A stretch of DNA of 64,000 bases from an uncultured Candidatus Binatia bacterium (GCA_965232605.1 CBDDQA010000003.1:337618-401617), one strand, 5' to 3'. Shown: positions 19,853-29,916, counted from the stretch's first letter. The notes: a model not told the origin generated them from the sequence alone. Numbers and translations: made by a program.

Positions 19853-20758
19853 CTATTCCTGTTCTGCCTGACGCCTTGGCGCAACCGATTTCAGATATGC
19901 GGCAACAGCGTGGGCATCTTCATCCGTCATGTCTTTGTACCCGCCCCCAGGCACCCCATCAATCACCACCGCCATCAGCCCTTGGACGTTATCAAAATTC
20001 GGAAGAAACCCGGTGCGCAGCAGGGAAACGATCTCCCCTTCACTCCACCGTCCGATACCTGTCTCGTCATCCGGGGTGATATTGGGCGCGACCTCGCCGT
20101 CAATACCGGCCGGATTCCCGGCCAGGTCGCGCGTCCGGTCAAGCGTGCCAAACACCGTGCGCGGGGTATGGCATTCCTGACAATGGGCGAGGTGTTCGCT
20201 GATGTAGCGGCCTCGGGCAATGGGGTCTGCCCAAGCGGCAGACCGGGTTTCGACCGGCTCAAAAAACAGCCAGCGCCAGGCGCGCATGGCCAGCCCGGAA
20301 AACGGAAGGGAGACTTCATGGGGGAGATTTTCTTGCGCCACGGGCTCCAGGCTGCGCAGAAAGGCCACCAGCGCCGTGGCGTCTTCATCCGTCATACCGC
20401 CCAAGGCCGGATACGGCATAACCGGACTCATGACCGTCCCGTCGGGTTTCACCCCCAGCCGGATCGCATCAATGATTTCCCGGTCCGTCCAGGTTCCAAT
20501 CCCATGGACCGGGTCGGGTGTGATATTCGTTCCGTAAAACCGCCCGTAGGGGGTTTCAATCCACCGCCCACCCGCGTTGGTGGATCCCTTGGCCGCCGTA
20601 TGACAGCCGCACCCGCCGGCCAAGGCAAACACATACTGCCCCTGGGCAACGAGGGTCGCCTCATCAGCCCAGACCCTCGGTAGAGGGCTGAACAAAAAGC
20701 TGCACAGCAGCAAAAGACAGAAAAGCCGCAAAGCGCTCTTCTCGCCCGCGTTTTTCAT
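19853..20758 (-). CDS. diheme c-type cytochrome
   Basis: Signal peptide MKNAGEKSALRLFCLLLLCSFLFSPLPRVWA; two CxxCH motifs (CGCH, CQECH). Confidence 0.75.
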   Translation of the reverse strand: MKNAGEKSALRLFCLLLLCSFLFSPLPRVWADEATLVAQGQYVFALAGGCGCHTAAKGSTNAGGRWIETPYGRFYGTNITPDPVHGIGTWTDREIIDAIRLGVKPDGTVMSPVMPYPALGGMTDEDATALVAFLRSLEPVAQENLPHEVSLPFSGLAMRAWRWLFFEPVETRSAAWADPIARGRYISEHLAHCQECHTPRTVFGTLDRTRDLAGNPAGIDGEVAPNITPDDETGIGRWSEGEIVSLLRTGFLPNFDNVQGLMAVVIDGVPGGGYKDMTDEDAHAVAAYLKSVAPRRQAEQE

Positions 20759-20842
20759 ATCCTCTTGGAGAGCGGTGTGATCTGCCATGAGCATGGGTGG
20801 CGGTCTTGGGGGATACGAAGTGGTCTGCTAGGCTGTCAGGCC

Positions 20843-21304
20843 ATGCACCGGCTCGGTCTCAGCGTCGTGAGTTTCCTGATTATCGGAACCGCCAGCGCCT
20901 TCTATCTGTTCTCTTCCCTCGGAGAAACAGTGCTGTATAACGCCTGGGGGTATACCATCTATGCCGACTTTGAAAGTGCCACCGGCCTGGGACCCGGCAC
21001 GCCGGTCGAGATCGCCGGCGTCCGCGTCGGCCGGGTTGATACCGTCCAGCTGAGGGGCGCGCGGGCGCGGGTCCGCTTAACCATGGACAGTGATATTGAG
21101 ATTCAGGAAGACGCGATCGCGTCCATTCACACCAAGGGTTTGCTCGGCGGCCCCTATCTTCTGATCTCGCTTGGCGGGTCGGATACAATCATCCCCCCCG
21201 GCGGAGTGATCAGAGAGACAGAATCACCCATTGACCTGCCGGGACTCATGGACGCCTATGTTGCCAGCCGCAAGGATACGGGCGAGGAGCTTCCCGCTCC
21301 CTGA
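20843..21304 (+). CDS. MlaD/Mce-domain protein
   Basis: N-terminal TM then Mce core ...PVEIAGVRVGRVDTVQL...; ORF 20765..21304 trimmed to internal Met. Confidence 0.6.
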   Translation: MHRLGLSVVSFLIIGTASAFYLFSSLGETVLYNAWGYTIYADFESATGLGPGTPVEIAGVRVGRVDTVQLRGARARVRLTMDSDIEIQEDAIASIHTKGLLGGPYLLISLGGSDTIIPPGGVIRETESPIDLPGLMDAYVASRKDTGEELPAP

Positions 21305-21481
21305 AGACGTGTGAGGCAGATGAGGCCAGGGGGACAGAGCGACCGCCCGCCGCCCCTTCGACTCCGCTCCTCCTGAGCGTAGCCCCAAAGGGGCGAAGTC
21401 GAAGGATGCTCTGGGACACCAGCCACTCTCTTGCAGCACACCTTGAAGATGGGCATTCTGGCTGCGCACTCGGCACATTCC

Positions 21482-21628
21482 CTATTCCGCCCGTCCCCGT
21501 CGAGTATGCCGCCGGTACGACGCCGGCTTCATACGGACTTTGCCACACTGAGGGCAACGCCATTTCTCCTGCTTGTGGGGCCGGTGCGCCTCCACTTTCA
21601 TTTTTGTTCGACAGCGCGGACAGATCAT
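21482..21628 (-). CDS. putative 48-aa zinc-ribbon protein (CxxC-x19-CxxC), not in ORF track (<60 aa)
   Basis: Own translation MICPRCRTKMKVEAHRPHKQEKWRCPQCGKVRMKPASYRRHTRRGRAE; GGAGGG 4 nt upstream of ATG. Confidence 0.35.
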   Translation of the reverse strand: MICPRCRTKMKVEAHRPHKQEKWRCPQCGKVRMKPASYRRHTRRGRAE

Positions 21629-21785
21629 GATGCCCTCCGTCAATATCATATCGCCCGAGCGGGCCCCATCCGGATTATCCGGCGAGTATCAGATCGGGGC
21701 TTGCCTGTTCTCGTCAAGGGAGCTATGGGGAGACCTTACGCGGACGATGAAAAATCACCGCCACTGCTAGTGTGGGAGTCACCGA

Positions 21786-23027
21786 ATGCTCAACCCTTAT
21801 CGAGTCCTTGACCTGACAACCGAACGCGGATTGCTGTGCGGCCAGATTCTCGCCGACCTGGGCGCTGACGTGATTAAAATCGAACCCCCCGGAGGCTCCT
21901 CGGCCCGCAAGCTGGGACCCTTCTATCAGGACCAGGAGGATGCGGAAAATTCGCTCTACTGGTGGGCCTATAACCGCAATAAACGGGGGGTCACCCTCGA
22001 CATAACGCGCTCCGAAGGCCAGGATATGCTGCGGCGCCTGGCCCAGGGCGCAAAATTCCTGATCGAATCGGACAACCCCGGCACCCTGGCCCAATACGGC
22101 CTGAGCTATGACGACTTGGCGGCAGACAATCCGGGGCTGATTTATGTCTCGATTACGCCGTTTGGACAAGACGGGCCAAAGGCCAGCTATGCGGATAGCG
22201 ACCTGATTATTCTGGCCAGCAGCGGGCCGCTCGTCATTACCGGGGACGAAGACCGTCCGCCCGTCCGCCTGAGCGTTCCCCAGGGCTATCTGCACGCCAG
22301 CGCCGCCGCGGCCCCGGCCGCGCTGATTGCCCTGTACGAATCCCATCAATCGAACCGCGGCCAGCATATCGATATTTCCGCCCAGCAGGCCGCGGCCCAT
22401 GCAACCCAATCGACCATTCTCTCGGCTCCGCTCAACGATGCGGAAACCCGCCGCATGGCCGGCGGGGCAAAAATGGGACCGCTGGAAATCCGCCTGCTCT
22501 GGCCGGCGAAAGACGGCCATGTTTCGATTGCCTATCTGTTTGGCTCGGCCTTTGCCCATTTCACCAAGCGTCTGATGGACTGGATCTATGAGGAAGGGTT
22601 TTGCGATAAAGAAGTCCAACAGATGGACTGGGTTGGGATGGGCGGCGGCCTCTTTGGTGGCGACCCGCAAACGATTGAAGACTATGAACGCCTCAAACTG
22701 ATCGTTGAAGACTTCACCAAAACCAAAACCAAGGCGGAGCTGTTCCAGAACGCCCTGGACCGTGGCCTGCTCGTCGCTCCGGTCACCACGATTGACGAGG
22801 TCGTCGAGAGCAAGCAGTTGGAGTCCCGTCAATACTGGACCACGGTTGACCATGAGGAGGTCGGCAAAGCGTTTGCCTATCCCGGTCCGTTTGCCAAGTT
22901 CAGCGAGCAGCCGATTTCCTATAAGCGTCGTCCGCCGAAGATTGGTGAGCACAATGCCGAGGTCTATGCTGAACTCGACCTTGACGCCCAAGCGTTAGCG
23001 GAATTGCAGGGCAAAGGGATCATCTAA
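21786..23027 (+). CDS. CoA-transferase family III (CaiB/BaiF)
   Basis: MLNPYRVLDLTTERGLLCGQILADLGADVIKIE... typical N-terminus; 413 aa. Confidence 0.85.
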   Translation: MLNPYRVLDLTTERGLLCGQILADLGADVIKIEPPGGSSARKLGPFYQDQEDAENSLYWWAYNRNKRGVTLDITRSEGQDMLRRLAQGAKFLIESDNPGTLAQYGLSYDDLAADNPGLIYVSITPFGQDGPKASYADSDLIILASSGPLVITGDEDRPPVRLSVPQGYLHASAAAAPAALIALYESHQSNRGQHIDISAQQAAAHATQSTILSAPLNDAETRRMAGGAKMGPLEIRLLWPAKDGHVSIAYLFGSAFAHFTKRLMDWIYEEGFCDKEVQQMDWVGMGGGLFGGDPQTIEDYERLKLIVEDFTKTKTKAELFQNALDRGLLVAPVTTIDEVVESKQLESRQYWTTVDHEEVGKAFAYPGPFAKFSEQPISYKRRPPKIGEHNAEVYAELDLDAQALAELQGKGII

Positions 23028-23054
23028 CCAAGACTCAATCAGGAGGGGATCACC

Positions 23055-24296
23055 ATGGCAGAGGGACAACAGACCGGCAGCGAAAGCAATCAAGCCCTGG
23101 CTGGGGTCAAGGTGCTCGATTTCATGTGGGCGATGGCCGGCCCCGGCTCGACCCGTATTCTGGCCGACTACGGAGCGACCGTTGTGCGGATTGAATCCAC
23201 TACCCGCTTTGACGCGGTGCGCATGGTCGGTCCCTTTCAAAACAAGCAGCCCGGCCCGAACAATTCCGGTCTGTACAATAATATGAACACCGGCAAACTG
23301 CCGATGACTCTGAATCTGTCCAAACCGGAGTCGCGTGAGATTATTCTTGATCTGGTGCGCTGGGCCGATGTCGTGACCGAGTCTTTTTCTCCCAAAGCCA
23401 TGCGCGAGTGGGGTTTTGACTACGAGTCGCTCGCCAAAATCAAGCCCGATATCATCATGCTCAGCACCTGCCTGATGGGTCAGACCGGCCCCCACTCGCA
23501 CTTTGCCGGGTTCGGCAATCTGGCGGCTGCCGTCTCGGGCTTCTTCGACCCCACCGGCTGGCCCGACCGCGCACCCGCTGGGCCGTTCGGAGCCTACACC
23601 GACTATATTGCCCCGTGGTATAACGCCGCGGCCGTGCTGGCGGCATTGGAGCATAAGCACCAGACCGGCAAGGGCCAGCATATCGACCTGGCGCAGGCCG
23701 AAGCCTCGCTCCATTTTCTGGCGCCGTTTCTTTTAGACCAAACCGTCAACGGACGAACCCAGACCCGGATGGGCAACCGGGATATGAACTTCGCCCCGCA
23801 CGGGGTGTATGAGGCCGAAGGAGAGGACCGCTGGGTGGCGATCGGCGTGGAAACCGACGACCAGTGGCGCTCGCTGTGCGAGACCATGAACCGCCCGGAC
23901 CTCGGCAGTGACGAGCGCCTGGCCACCGCCAAAGGCCGGTTGGACAATCAGGACGAAATCGACACGGCCGTCAACGCCTGGAGCAGCCAACTCAGCCCGT
24001 ATGAGGCCGAAGAACAGCTTCAGGCCAAAAACGTCCCGGCCAGTGCGGTGGAAACCATCAACGAGCTGTACGAGGACAAGCAGCTTCAGCACCGCGAGCA
24101 CTTCGTCGACCTGGAGCATCCCGACTTCGGCACGACCACGGTCGAGGGCACCCGCTTCAAATTCTCCCGCACCCCGGCCCAGATCAACCCGGCGGCCCCG
24201 ACGCTGGGACGTGAGAACCAGAACGTACTGGAGAACATTCTGGGCTATAACGAAGAGAAGATCACCGAGTTAGTGATTGCCGAGGTGCTGGAGTAG
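23055..24296 (+). CDS. CoA-transferase family III (CaiB/BaiF), tandem paralog
   Basis: GVKVLDFMWAMAGPGSTRILADYGATVVRIE; 413 aa. Confidence 0.85.
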   Translation: MAEGQQTGSESNQALAGVKVLDFMWAMAGPGSTRILADYGATVVRIESTTRFDAVRMVGPFQNKQPGPNNSGLYNNMNTGKLPMTLNLSKPESREIILDLVRWADVVTESFSPKAMREWGFDYESLAKIKPDIIMLSTCLMGQTGPHSHFAGFGNLAAAVSGFFDPTGWPDRAPAGPFGAYTDYIAPWYNAAAVLAALEHKHQTGKGQHIDLAQAEASLHFLAPFLLDQTVNGRTQTRMGNRDMNFAPHGVYEAEGEDRWVAIGVETDDQWRSLCETMNRPDLGSDERLATAKGRLDNQDEIDTAVNAWSSQLSPYEAEEQLQAKNVPASAVETINELYEDKQLQHREHFVDLEHPDFGTTTVEGTRFKFSRTPAQINPAAPTLGRENQNVLENILGYNEEKITELVIAEVLE

Positions 24297-24337
24297 CAGG
24301 CCCGTCTCGTTCGTCGGAACGAGGTAGGGGAGAACCA

Positions 24338-24581
24338 TGCCGACAACGTACAAAGCAACCCTTCGTGGCAACCAATTGGAGTGGAGCGGCCTATTCCTGT
24401 TCAAGTGACGATTTTGCAGGAGCAATTATTAGCTCCAGCATCCAGCAGTGATAGCGGCCAACGCATGGCAAATGCACTGGAGCAGATTGCACAATTGAGC
24501 ACGTTCCCACAGGATGTTGATCCTGTGGGTTGGGAAGGAGAACAGCGCCAGGATAAGCCCCTTCCAGACCGAGAAGCGTAG
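24338..24581 (+). pseudogene. frameshifted antitoxin-like gene (VapB-type, DUF104-like N-terminus)
   Basis: MPTTYKATLRGNQLEWSG then stop; +1 frame continues ERPIPVQVTILQEQ...; one-nt indel near 24390. Confidence 0.4.
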
Positions 24582-24755
24582 TGCTCATCGACAGCAATAT
24601 CATTATCTATGCTGCTCGGCCTGAGGCGGAGAATGACCTTGGGAGATTCTCTGGTGGCAGGGACAGCCCTTGCCCATCACTACACGCTTGTCACGAGGAA
24701 TACCAAAGATTTTCTCTGGATCAATGACTTGGAGATTCTGAATCCTTTTGCGTGA
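24582..24755 (+). pseudogene. internally deleted PIN-domain toxin (VapC) remnant
   Basis: N-terminal VLIDSNIIIYAARPEAE and, in another frame, C-terminal LVAGTALAHHYTLVTRNTKDFLWINDLEILNPFA; central ~70 codons absent. Confidence 0.45.
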
Positions 24756-24772
24756 GCATACTGCCGCAGGGG

Positions 24773-24898
24773 CTACGAATGTCGATCCGGCTCCTCGCGC
24801 CGTTCGCCGTAGGCGCGCTTGGTCCACCAGTAGGCGAACGCGCCGCACAGGAAGAGGATGCCGCCGTACCCGACCGAGAGCATCAGCTCGCCGCTCAT
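24773..24898 (-). CDS. 41-aa membrane protein translationally coupled to the SSS transporter gene
   Basis: MSGELMLSVGYGGILFLCGAFAYWWTKRAYGERREEPDRHS; ATGA start/stop overlap with upstream gene. Confidence 0.4.
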   Translation of the reverse strand: MSGELMLSVGYGGILFLCGAFAYWWTKRAYGERREEPDRHS

Positions 24899-26541
24899 GA
24901 CAAGCACCACCGGGCCAGACACAGGGAGTCGGCCTTGTGCCCGACCGCCTGTTCGTACGGCCACACGTAAAACACGATCATGAGTATTGTCACGACCGCG
25001 CCACAGACCATCAAACCCTTCGCGAACCACAAGGTTGTGGCGGTCAGGGAGGGATCGTATTCCGCGGGCGGCGTTTGATGGATTTGCCGGCGATACAGAT
25101 GTTCCTCCTCGGTGACCCGGCCATTGCGCGATACGAGAACAATCGTGATGAGGCTCAAGACGATGCCGATCACGAAGGGGTCGAGATACACCGGCAGGAA
25201 TATCACCTCGAAGACCGACAGGACCTTCGGGATCAGGTTGCCGACAAAGCCGACGACAATCCCCCAAAAAGCGCCGTCTGCCGTGATGCGTGTACTCCAC
25301 ACGCTCATGAAGGCCATCGGTCCCCACGACGATGCAAACAGCGTTGCCGCAAAATAGCTGATCATCATGATCGCGGGCGGCTGAAAATACGCGACGATCA
25401 GGATGACGGTCCCGACCGCCAGCATGGTGGAGCGGCTCAATCGGAGCTTGCGGCGTTCGTCGCCTTCGCCAATCTCGACCAGATCGTTCGTCGCGCTGAA
25501 TCCGATCAAGGACAGAAACGTCGACGCCGAGGACAGAGCCGCAGCCACCACGCCGGTCATGAACAACACGCCCGCATAGGTCGGCATGGTGTTGAAAGCC
25601 GCCCAGATCATGGCCCTTTCGTTGGGCTCGATATCCGGGTTGAGGAGATTGACGGCCGCGGCGGACACCACCAAGGCCCAATACAGCACCACGACCGACG
25701 CGCTCGCCAAGCAGGCCGACCGCATCACGGTGTGCTCATTTTTCGCCATCAGGTAGCGGCTCGATTGCCACGGGCTCACCGCAATCGTGAACGCCCACGC
25801 GATCCCGAGCACGAGACCCCAGCCAACCGAATCGAACGGCGTCTGCCAGCGCGCATCGGCTCCGACGACACCGTGCCAGGAGATGATTGCCGGCTTGGCT
25901 TCGTAGACCGCCAGGGACTCGATGGTGGCGAACCATCCCCCGGTCTCACCCAGGATGTAGTAGAGCGAGAGGAAACCGACGCAGGTGAACAGCAGGTACA
26001 TGACGGTATCCGTCAGCACCACGCCTCTTGAGCCGGAGTAGATCGTGAACGAGGTATAGCCGACCCAGACGATCAGCAACGTCACCTCATAGGGAATATG
26101 CATCACTTCCGATATCGCCAGTGATGCTCCCTGGGTCACCGCCAGCAAATAGGCGGTGACCCCCCCGATCACCGTCACACCGGCGGCAGCCTGAACGCGC
26201 CGACTGTTGAAGCGCTTGCCGAAGAACTCGGCCACGGTTATCGCCTGGCTGCGCCTGACATAGCGGCCGAAGAACGCCGCGCCCAGGACGTAGCCGACGA
26301 TATTGACCCCGACCAGGATCAGCAGGATCGCGCCGTGGCCCTGATAGGTAAACCCGGTTTCACCCAGGAAGGCGGCGGTGCTCAGATAGCTCGCGACCAG
26401 GGTGCCGGCTATCAGCAGGGTCGAGCTGTCACGCCCCGCAACGAAATAATCATCGACATCTTTGACCCGCCGGCCGGCGTAATTGCCGATCAGCAGATAG
26501 ATCACGATGCTCGTGATGATGCCGAAGGCGTAGGGGTTCAT
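24895..26541 (-). CDS. sodium:solute symporter (SSS) family transporter
   Basis: 548 aa, ~13 TM segments, MNPYAFGIITSIVIYLLIGNYAGRRVKDVDDYFVAGR typical SSS N-terminus; ATGA overlap with upstream gene. Confidence 0.85.
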   Translation of the reverse strand: MNPYAFGIITSIVIYLLIGNYAGRRVKDVDDYFVAGRDSSTLLIAGTLVASYLSTAAFLGETGFTYQGHGAILLILVGVNIVGYVLGAAFFGRYVRRSQAITVAEFFGKRFNSRRVQAAAGVTVIGGVTAYLLAVTQGASLAISEVMHIPYEVTLLIVWVGYTSFTIYSGSRGVVLTDTVMYLLFTCVGFLSLYYILGETGGWFATIESLAVYEAKPAIISWHGVVGADARWQTPFDSVGWGLVLGIAWAFTIAVSPWQSSRYLMAKNEHTVMRSACLASASVVVLYWALVVSAAAVNLLNPDIEPNERAMIWAAFNTMPTYAGVLFMTGVVAAALSSASTFLSLIGFSATNDLVEIGEGDERRKLRLSRSTMLAVGTVILIVAYFQPPAIMMISYFAATLFASSWGPMAFMSVWSTRITADGAFWGIVVGFVGNLIPKVLSVFEVIFLPVYLDPFVIGIVLSLITIVLVSRNGRVTEEEHLYRRQIHQTPPAEYDPSLTATTLWFAKGLMVCGAVVTILMIVFYVWPYEQAVGHKADSLCLARWCLS

Positions 26542-28241
26542 GGTACGGCCTTGGCCGTCCAGTCACCGTGCGGGCCATCGTTACTCATGACGTACGCATT
26601 GTTCCGGTTCGGGTCGCCTGCAACGGCGATCAGAAACTTCGAGGCCTCGGTCACGATCGGCACGAGGCGTTGCGGGTCGTTGGACTCGCCGAAGACCGGC
26701 GGGATCAGACCCTCGGTCGCCAGTTCGAACAGGGTGCGGCCCCCCGCATCGATGTTGCTCCACTCGCCGATGAACTGCTCGAACCTGGCCGCCGGCAGCC
26801 GGGCCTGCACGAACAGCGCCCGCTTGACGTCATCCTTGCCCCAGCCGGATCGGGCGAAGGTGCGCGCCAGCATCGGGGAAAGGATCAACAGCGGTCGATA
26901 ATGGCCCTGTCCGAGTCCGTAGATGTGCGCGAGGTCCCAGCCACTGACTCGAACGAGGCCGTCGGCCAGATACGGCACGAGCGCCTCGCCCGTCGATCCG
27001 AAGACGCTGCCGAGGATCAGGCTGCTATTCATGCGGACCATGGTGACCACGTCGTCGTCCCGCCCGAACCCGAACTCCGCACTCAGCGGTTGCCAGCCGA
27101 TGTCGGTCAGCGTCTGCTCATCTTCGGCCAATACCACCCGGGTGCTGTTACCGAACGTGGCCTTGTCGTGTTCGTCGACGGTGAATCCACAGACATTGCG
27201 CAGGTACAGCCGGAGCCATCGGGCGACGCTGGTATTGGCATGGGCGCCCTCCCGAAGGACACCCTGCCGGGCGTTGAAGCCGAGTTCGGCCATCGACGGC
27301 CCATTAACGATGACGAGGGCGTCGGCCCCGGTGGTATTACCCGAGTGCTCGACGCCGTAACCGGGATCGGCGATGATTTCGGCGAGCGCCAAGAGCACGG
27401 GCAGGTGCCGGGGCTGACAGCCGGTCATGACGGCATTGACGGCAACCGACCAGACCGTGATATCGCGGCCCGAGGGTCGGGCGGTGCCGATTACTCTCCA
27501 GGGGTCATCGTTCAGCGCGGCGAGAAACGCCGCGACCCGGTCCTGGGTCGGCGGAACGACCGGCAGTCCATCGCTCCAGCCCTCAACGGTGAAACGTTCG
27601 TTGATCTCGTCAATCGTTCCCGTGGCGACGACGTCCAGTGGCGCGGGCTCGGCGGCAGCGGCCTCACCGACGACCGGCGCGCTGGTGAGGCCGGCTATGA
27701 TCTGGTCGAGCGTCGCGTCGCGCAGGGAACCGATCATCTCGTCGTAGCTCTGCGCGTCCACGTGTCCGCGCAGCACGCCGAGGGGAAGCCCGTCGAATCC
27801 CGCGCCGCGACCAGTGGCCGCCGCCTGGCGTTCGAACCCTTCGCAGACCAGCGACACCGATGGTACCCCGGCGGCTTCCGCGACAACCGACGCCCGCATC
27901 ACGGCGGGCGTACAACTCCCTCAACATCCCACCCCGGAGACGACGGCGTCGATACCGCGGTCGCGCAACCGGTTGGGGAGGGCGGCAATCACCTCGGCTT
28001 CATCACCCCCGTGCGTGTTGCCGAATTCATCGTACCCGACGATTTCGATCCCGGTGAAGCGGTGCTGCAGATCTTTCTCGATGACCGGAAAAAGCTCGTG
28101 ACCGCGAAACAGGAAATCCCACAGAAACCCGACGCGTTTGCCCTCGAGCGTGTCGAGCCGCTCGGCGAGATGCCGTGGCTGTACCGCGAGCGGCGATTTC
28201 GGCCAGACGACTTCGTAGTGAATTGCGCTATGTGAACTCAT
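26538..28241 (-). CDS. UGSC-family selenoprotein domain fused in-frame to a ~450-aa uncharacterised domain (GWSDGLPVVPPT family); in-frame TGA at comp(27921..27923) read as Sec
   Basis: Track ORFs 27921..28241 and 26538..27902 are in the same frame, separated only by TGA; read-through gives ...AVVSGVGC-U-GSCTPAVMRASVV...; SECIS-like hairpin follows. Confidence 0.6.
27890..27911 (-). promoter_or_regulatory. SECIS-like hairpin 9 nt downstream of UGA (ACGCCCGC-CGUGAU-GCGGGCGU)
   Basis: Perfect 8-bp stem, GU-containing 6-nt loop, position typical of bacterial SECIS. Confidence 0.5.
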
Positions 28242-28374
28242 TGCCCTCTCCCCTGATTAGGCTTGCGGCCCTGAAGGCCGGAGTGCTGCAAACCCGTCAT
28301 TAACGGGTCTCTTCCTGACAGCCGTCCAACGCCGATGCGGCAGGGCCGACCCGTCGGCAGCCTTCCACGAGCGC

Positions 28375-29916
28375 TCACAACGGCCCACGCAAGGTCTCGA
28401 ACGCATGCCCGGCGCGCAGCACGACGTCGTCTTCACCGTAGCGTCCCGTGATCATCATACCCACGGGCAGGCCGTTCGACACACCGGTCGGCACGCTCAT
28501 TGACGGGTGGCTCGTCGCATCGAAGGGCGCGGTGTTGCCAATCATGTCGAGCGTAAGTCCCATGACGACTTCACGCGAGGCGTCCGGTGGCGGGATTCGG
28601 TGGGCTTTCATCACGGTCGTCGGCATCACGAGCAGGTCGCAGGTATCGAACGCGCGGTCGTAGGCGGCGCGGAGCGTGCGAACGAGGTTCTGTGCCTTGG
28701 CGGAATAATAGTTGCCGTAACGGGCACGCATGACCTGGGCGAACAGCAGCACGGTCTTGGCCATGTCCGGCAGCTCTGCCGCCCGGGTTTTGCGCGCCGC
28801 CTGAAAGAAGCGGATCGCTCCGAGCGGGTGGTGGCCATCTGCGTTTCCGCCGGCCGGCCCCTGATCGCTCCACGTTGACAGCGTCCCGTCGACGGAACTT
28901 GCGAACATGATCTTCAGGGCCTCGGTGTGCATGGGGATGGAGATTTCTTCGACCCCGGCCCCGGCCTCCTGCAGCCGCCAAGCCGCGGCCATCACAGCTT
29001 CATCCACATCCGCTTCCGAGCCCGGCGCGCCGAAGCCTTCGCGCACGATACCGACCCGCAGCCCCGCGATCCCCTGACCGACGAGTTCGCTATAGGGTTT
29101 TGCCGGCAAGGCCGCCACCTGACGCGGGTCGAGGCCGTCGTCGTAGCCGGCGATGACTTCGAGCAACAGGGCGCAATCGAGGCTTGAGGCCGCCATCGGC
29201 CCGAGGTGATCGATCGTGTGCTCAATGGGTCCGGCGCCGGTATAGGGCACGAGGCCGTGAGTCGGCTTGATCCCGACGCAGCCAGACCACGAACTCGGCA
29301 TGCGTACGGAGCCACCCTGGTCGCTGCCGATCGCCATGTCGCATTCACCCGTCAGAATCAATGCGGCGCAGCCGCTCGACGAGCCTCCGGTCATGAAGTC
29401 GGGGTTGCGCGGGTTCCTCACCGGACCCGACGCCGACGTATGGCTGCCGCCGGAATAGCAGAAGTTTTCGCACACGGCCTTGCCGACCACTTCGCCGCCG
29501 GCATCGAGCACGCGGGTCACGACGGTCGCGTCTTCGTCGGCGATAAAGCCTGCGTACAGCGCCGAGCCGTTCAGCATAGGCAGGCCCGCAACGCTGATGT
29601 TGTCCTTGATGGCGACGCGTTTGCCGGCGAGCTTGCCGGACGCCGCGCCTTTGACCGAACACTTCCACTGCCAGGCACCGTAACGGTTCTCATCGCCAGT
29701 CGGGCGATACCCCTCACCGCGCGGGTATTTCGTCGGCAGGGTCGGCGCGTCCATCGCGTCGATGGCATTGTAATCGTCGACGAGCCTGCCCATCGCGGTT
29801 GCGAAGAAATCCAAATCGCCCCGGTCCAGATCGAGAAATAAAGCCTGCGCGGCCGCCCGCAGTTCGCTGTCTGTCGGCGCACCTACGGGGCTGCCGGTTT
29901 TATCGGAACTCATCAT
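28375..29916 (-). CDS. amidase (amidase-signature family)
   Basis: 513 aa; GGSSSG and Ser-cisSer-Lys context (KDNISVAGLP...MTGGSSSGCAA). Confidence 0.85.
   Translation of the reverse strand: MMSSDKTGSPVGAPTDSELRAAAQALFLDLDRGDLDFFATAMGRLVDDYNAIDAMDAPTLPTKYPRGEGYRPTGDENRYGAWQWKCSVKGAASGKLAGKRVAIKDNISVAGLPMLNGSALYAGFIADEDATVVTRVLDAGGEVVGKAVCENFCYSGGSHTSASGPVRNPRNPDFMTGGSSSGCAALILTGECDMAIGSDQGGSVRMPSSWSGCVGIKPTHGLVPYTGAGPIEHTIDHLGPMAASSLDCALLLEVIAGYDDGLDPRQVAALPAKPYSELVGQGIAGLRVGIVREGFGAPGSEADVDEAVMAAAWRLQEAGAGVEEISIPMHTEALKIMFASSVDGTLSTWSDQGPAGGNADGHHPLGAIRFFQAARKTRAAELPDMAKTVLLFAQVMRARYGNYYSAKAQNLVRTLRAAYDRAFDTCDLLVMPTTVMKAHRIPPPDASREVVMGLTLDMIGNTAPFDATSHPSMSVPTGVSNGLPVGMMITGRYGEDDVVLRAGHAFETLRGPL

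Noticed and set aside
19352-20683. 443-aa + strand ORF
   Set aside because: Antisense to two c-type cytochrome genes with signal peptides and CxxCH motifs; product Arg/Gly-rich
21723-22991. 422-aa minus-strand ORF
   Set aside because: Antisense to a well-supported CaiB/BaiF CoA-transferase gene
24937-26031. 364-aa + strand ORF
   Set aside because: Antisense to the SSS transporter gene
26568-28235. 555-aa + strand ORF
   Set aside because: Antisense to the UGSC fusion gene; Arg/Gly/Asp-rich, no domain features
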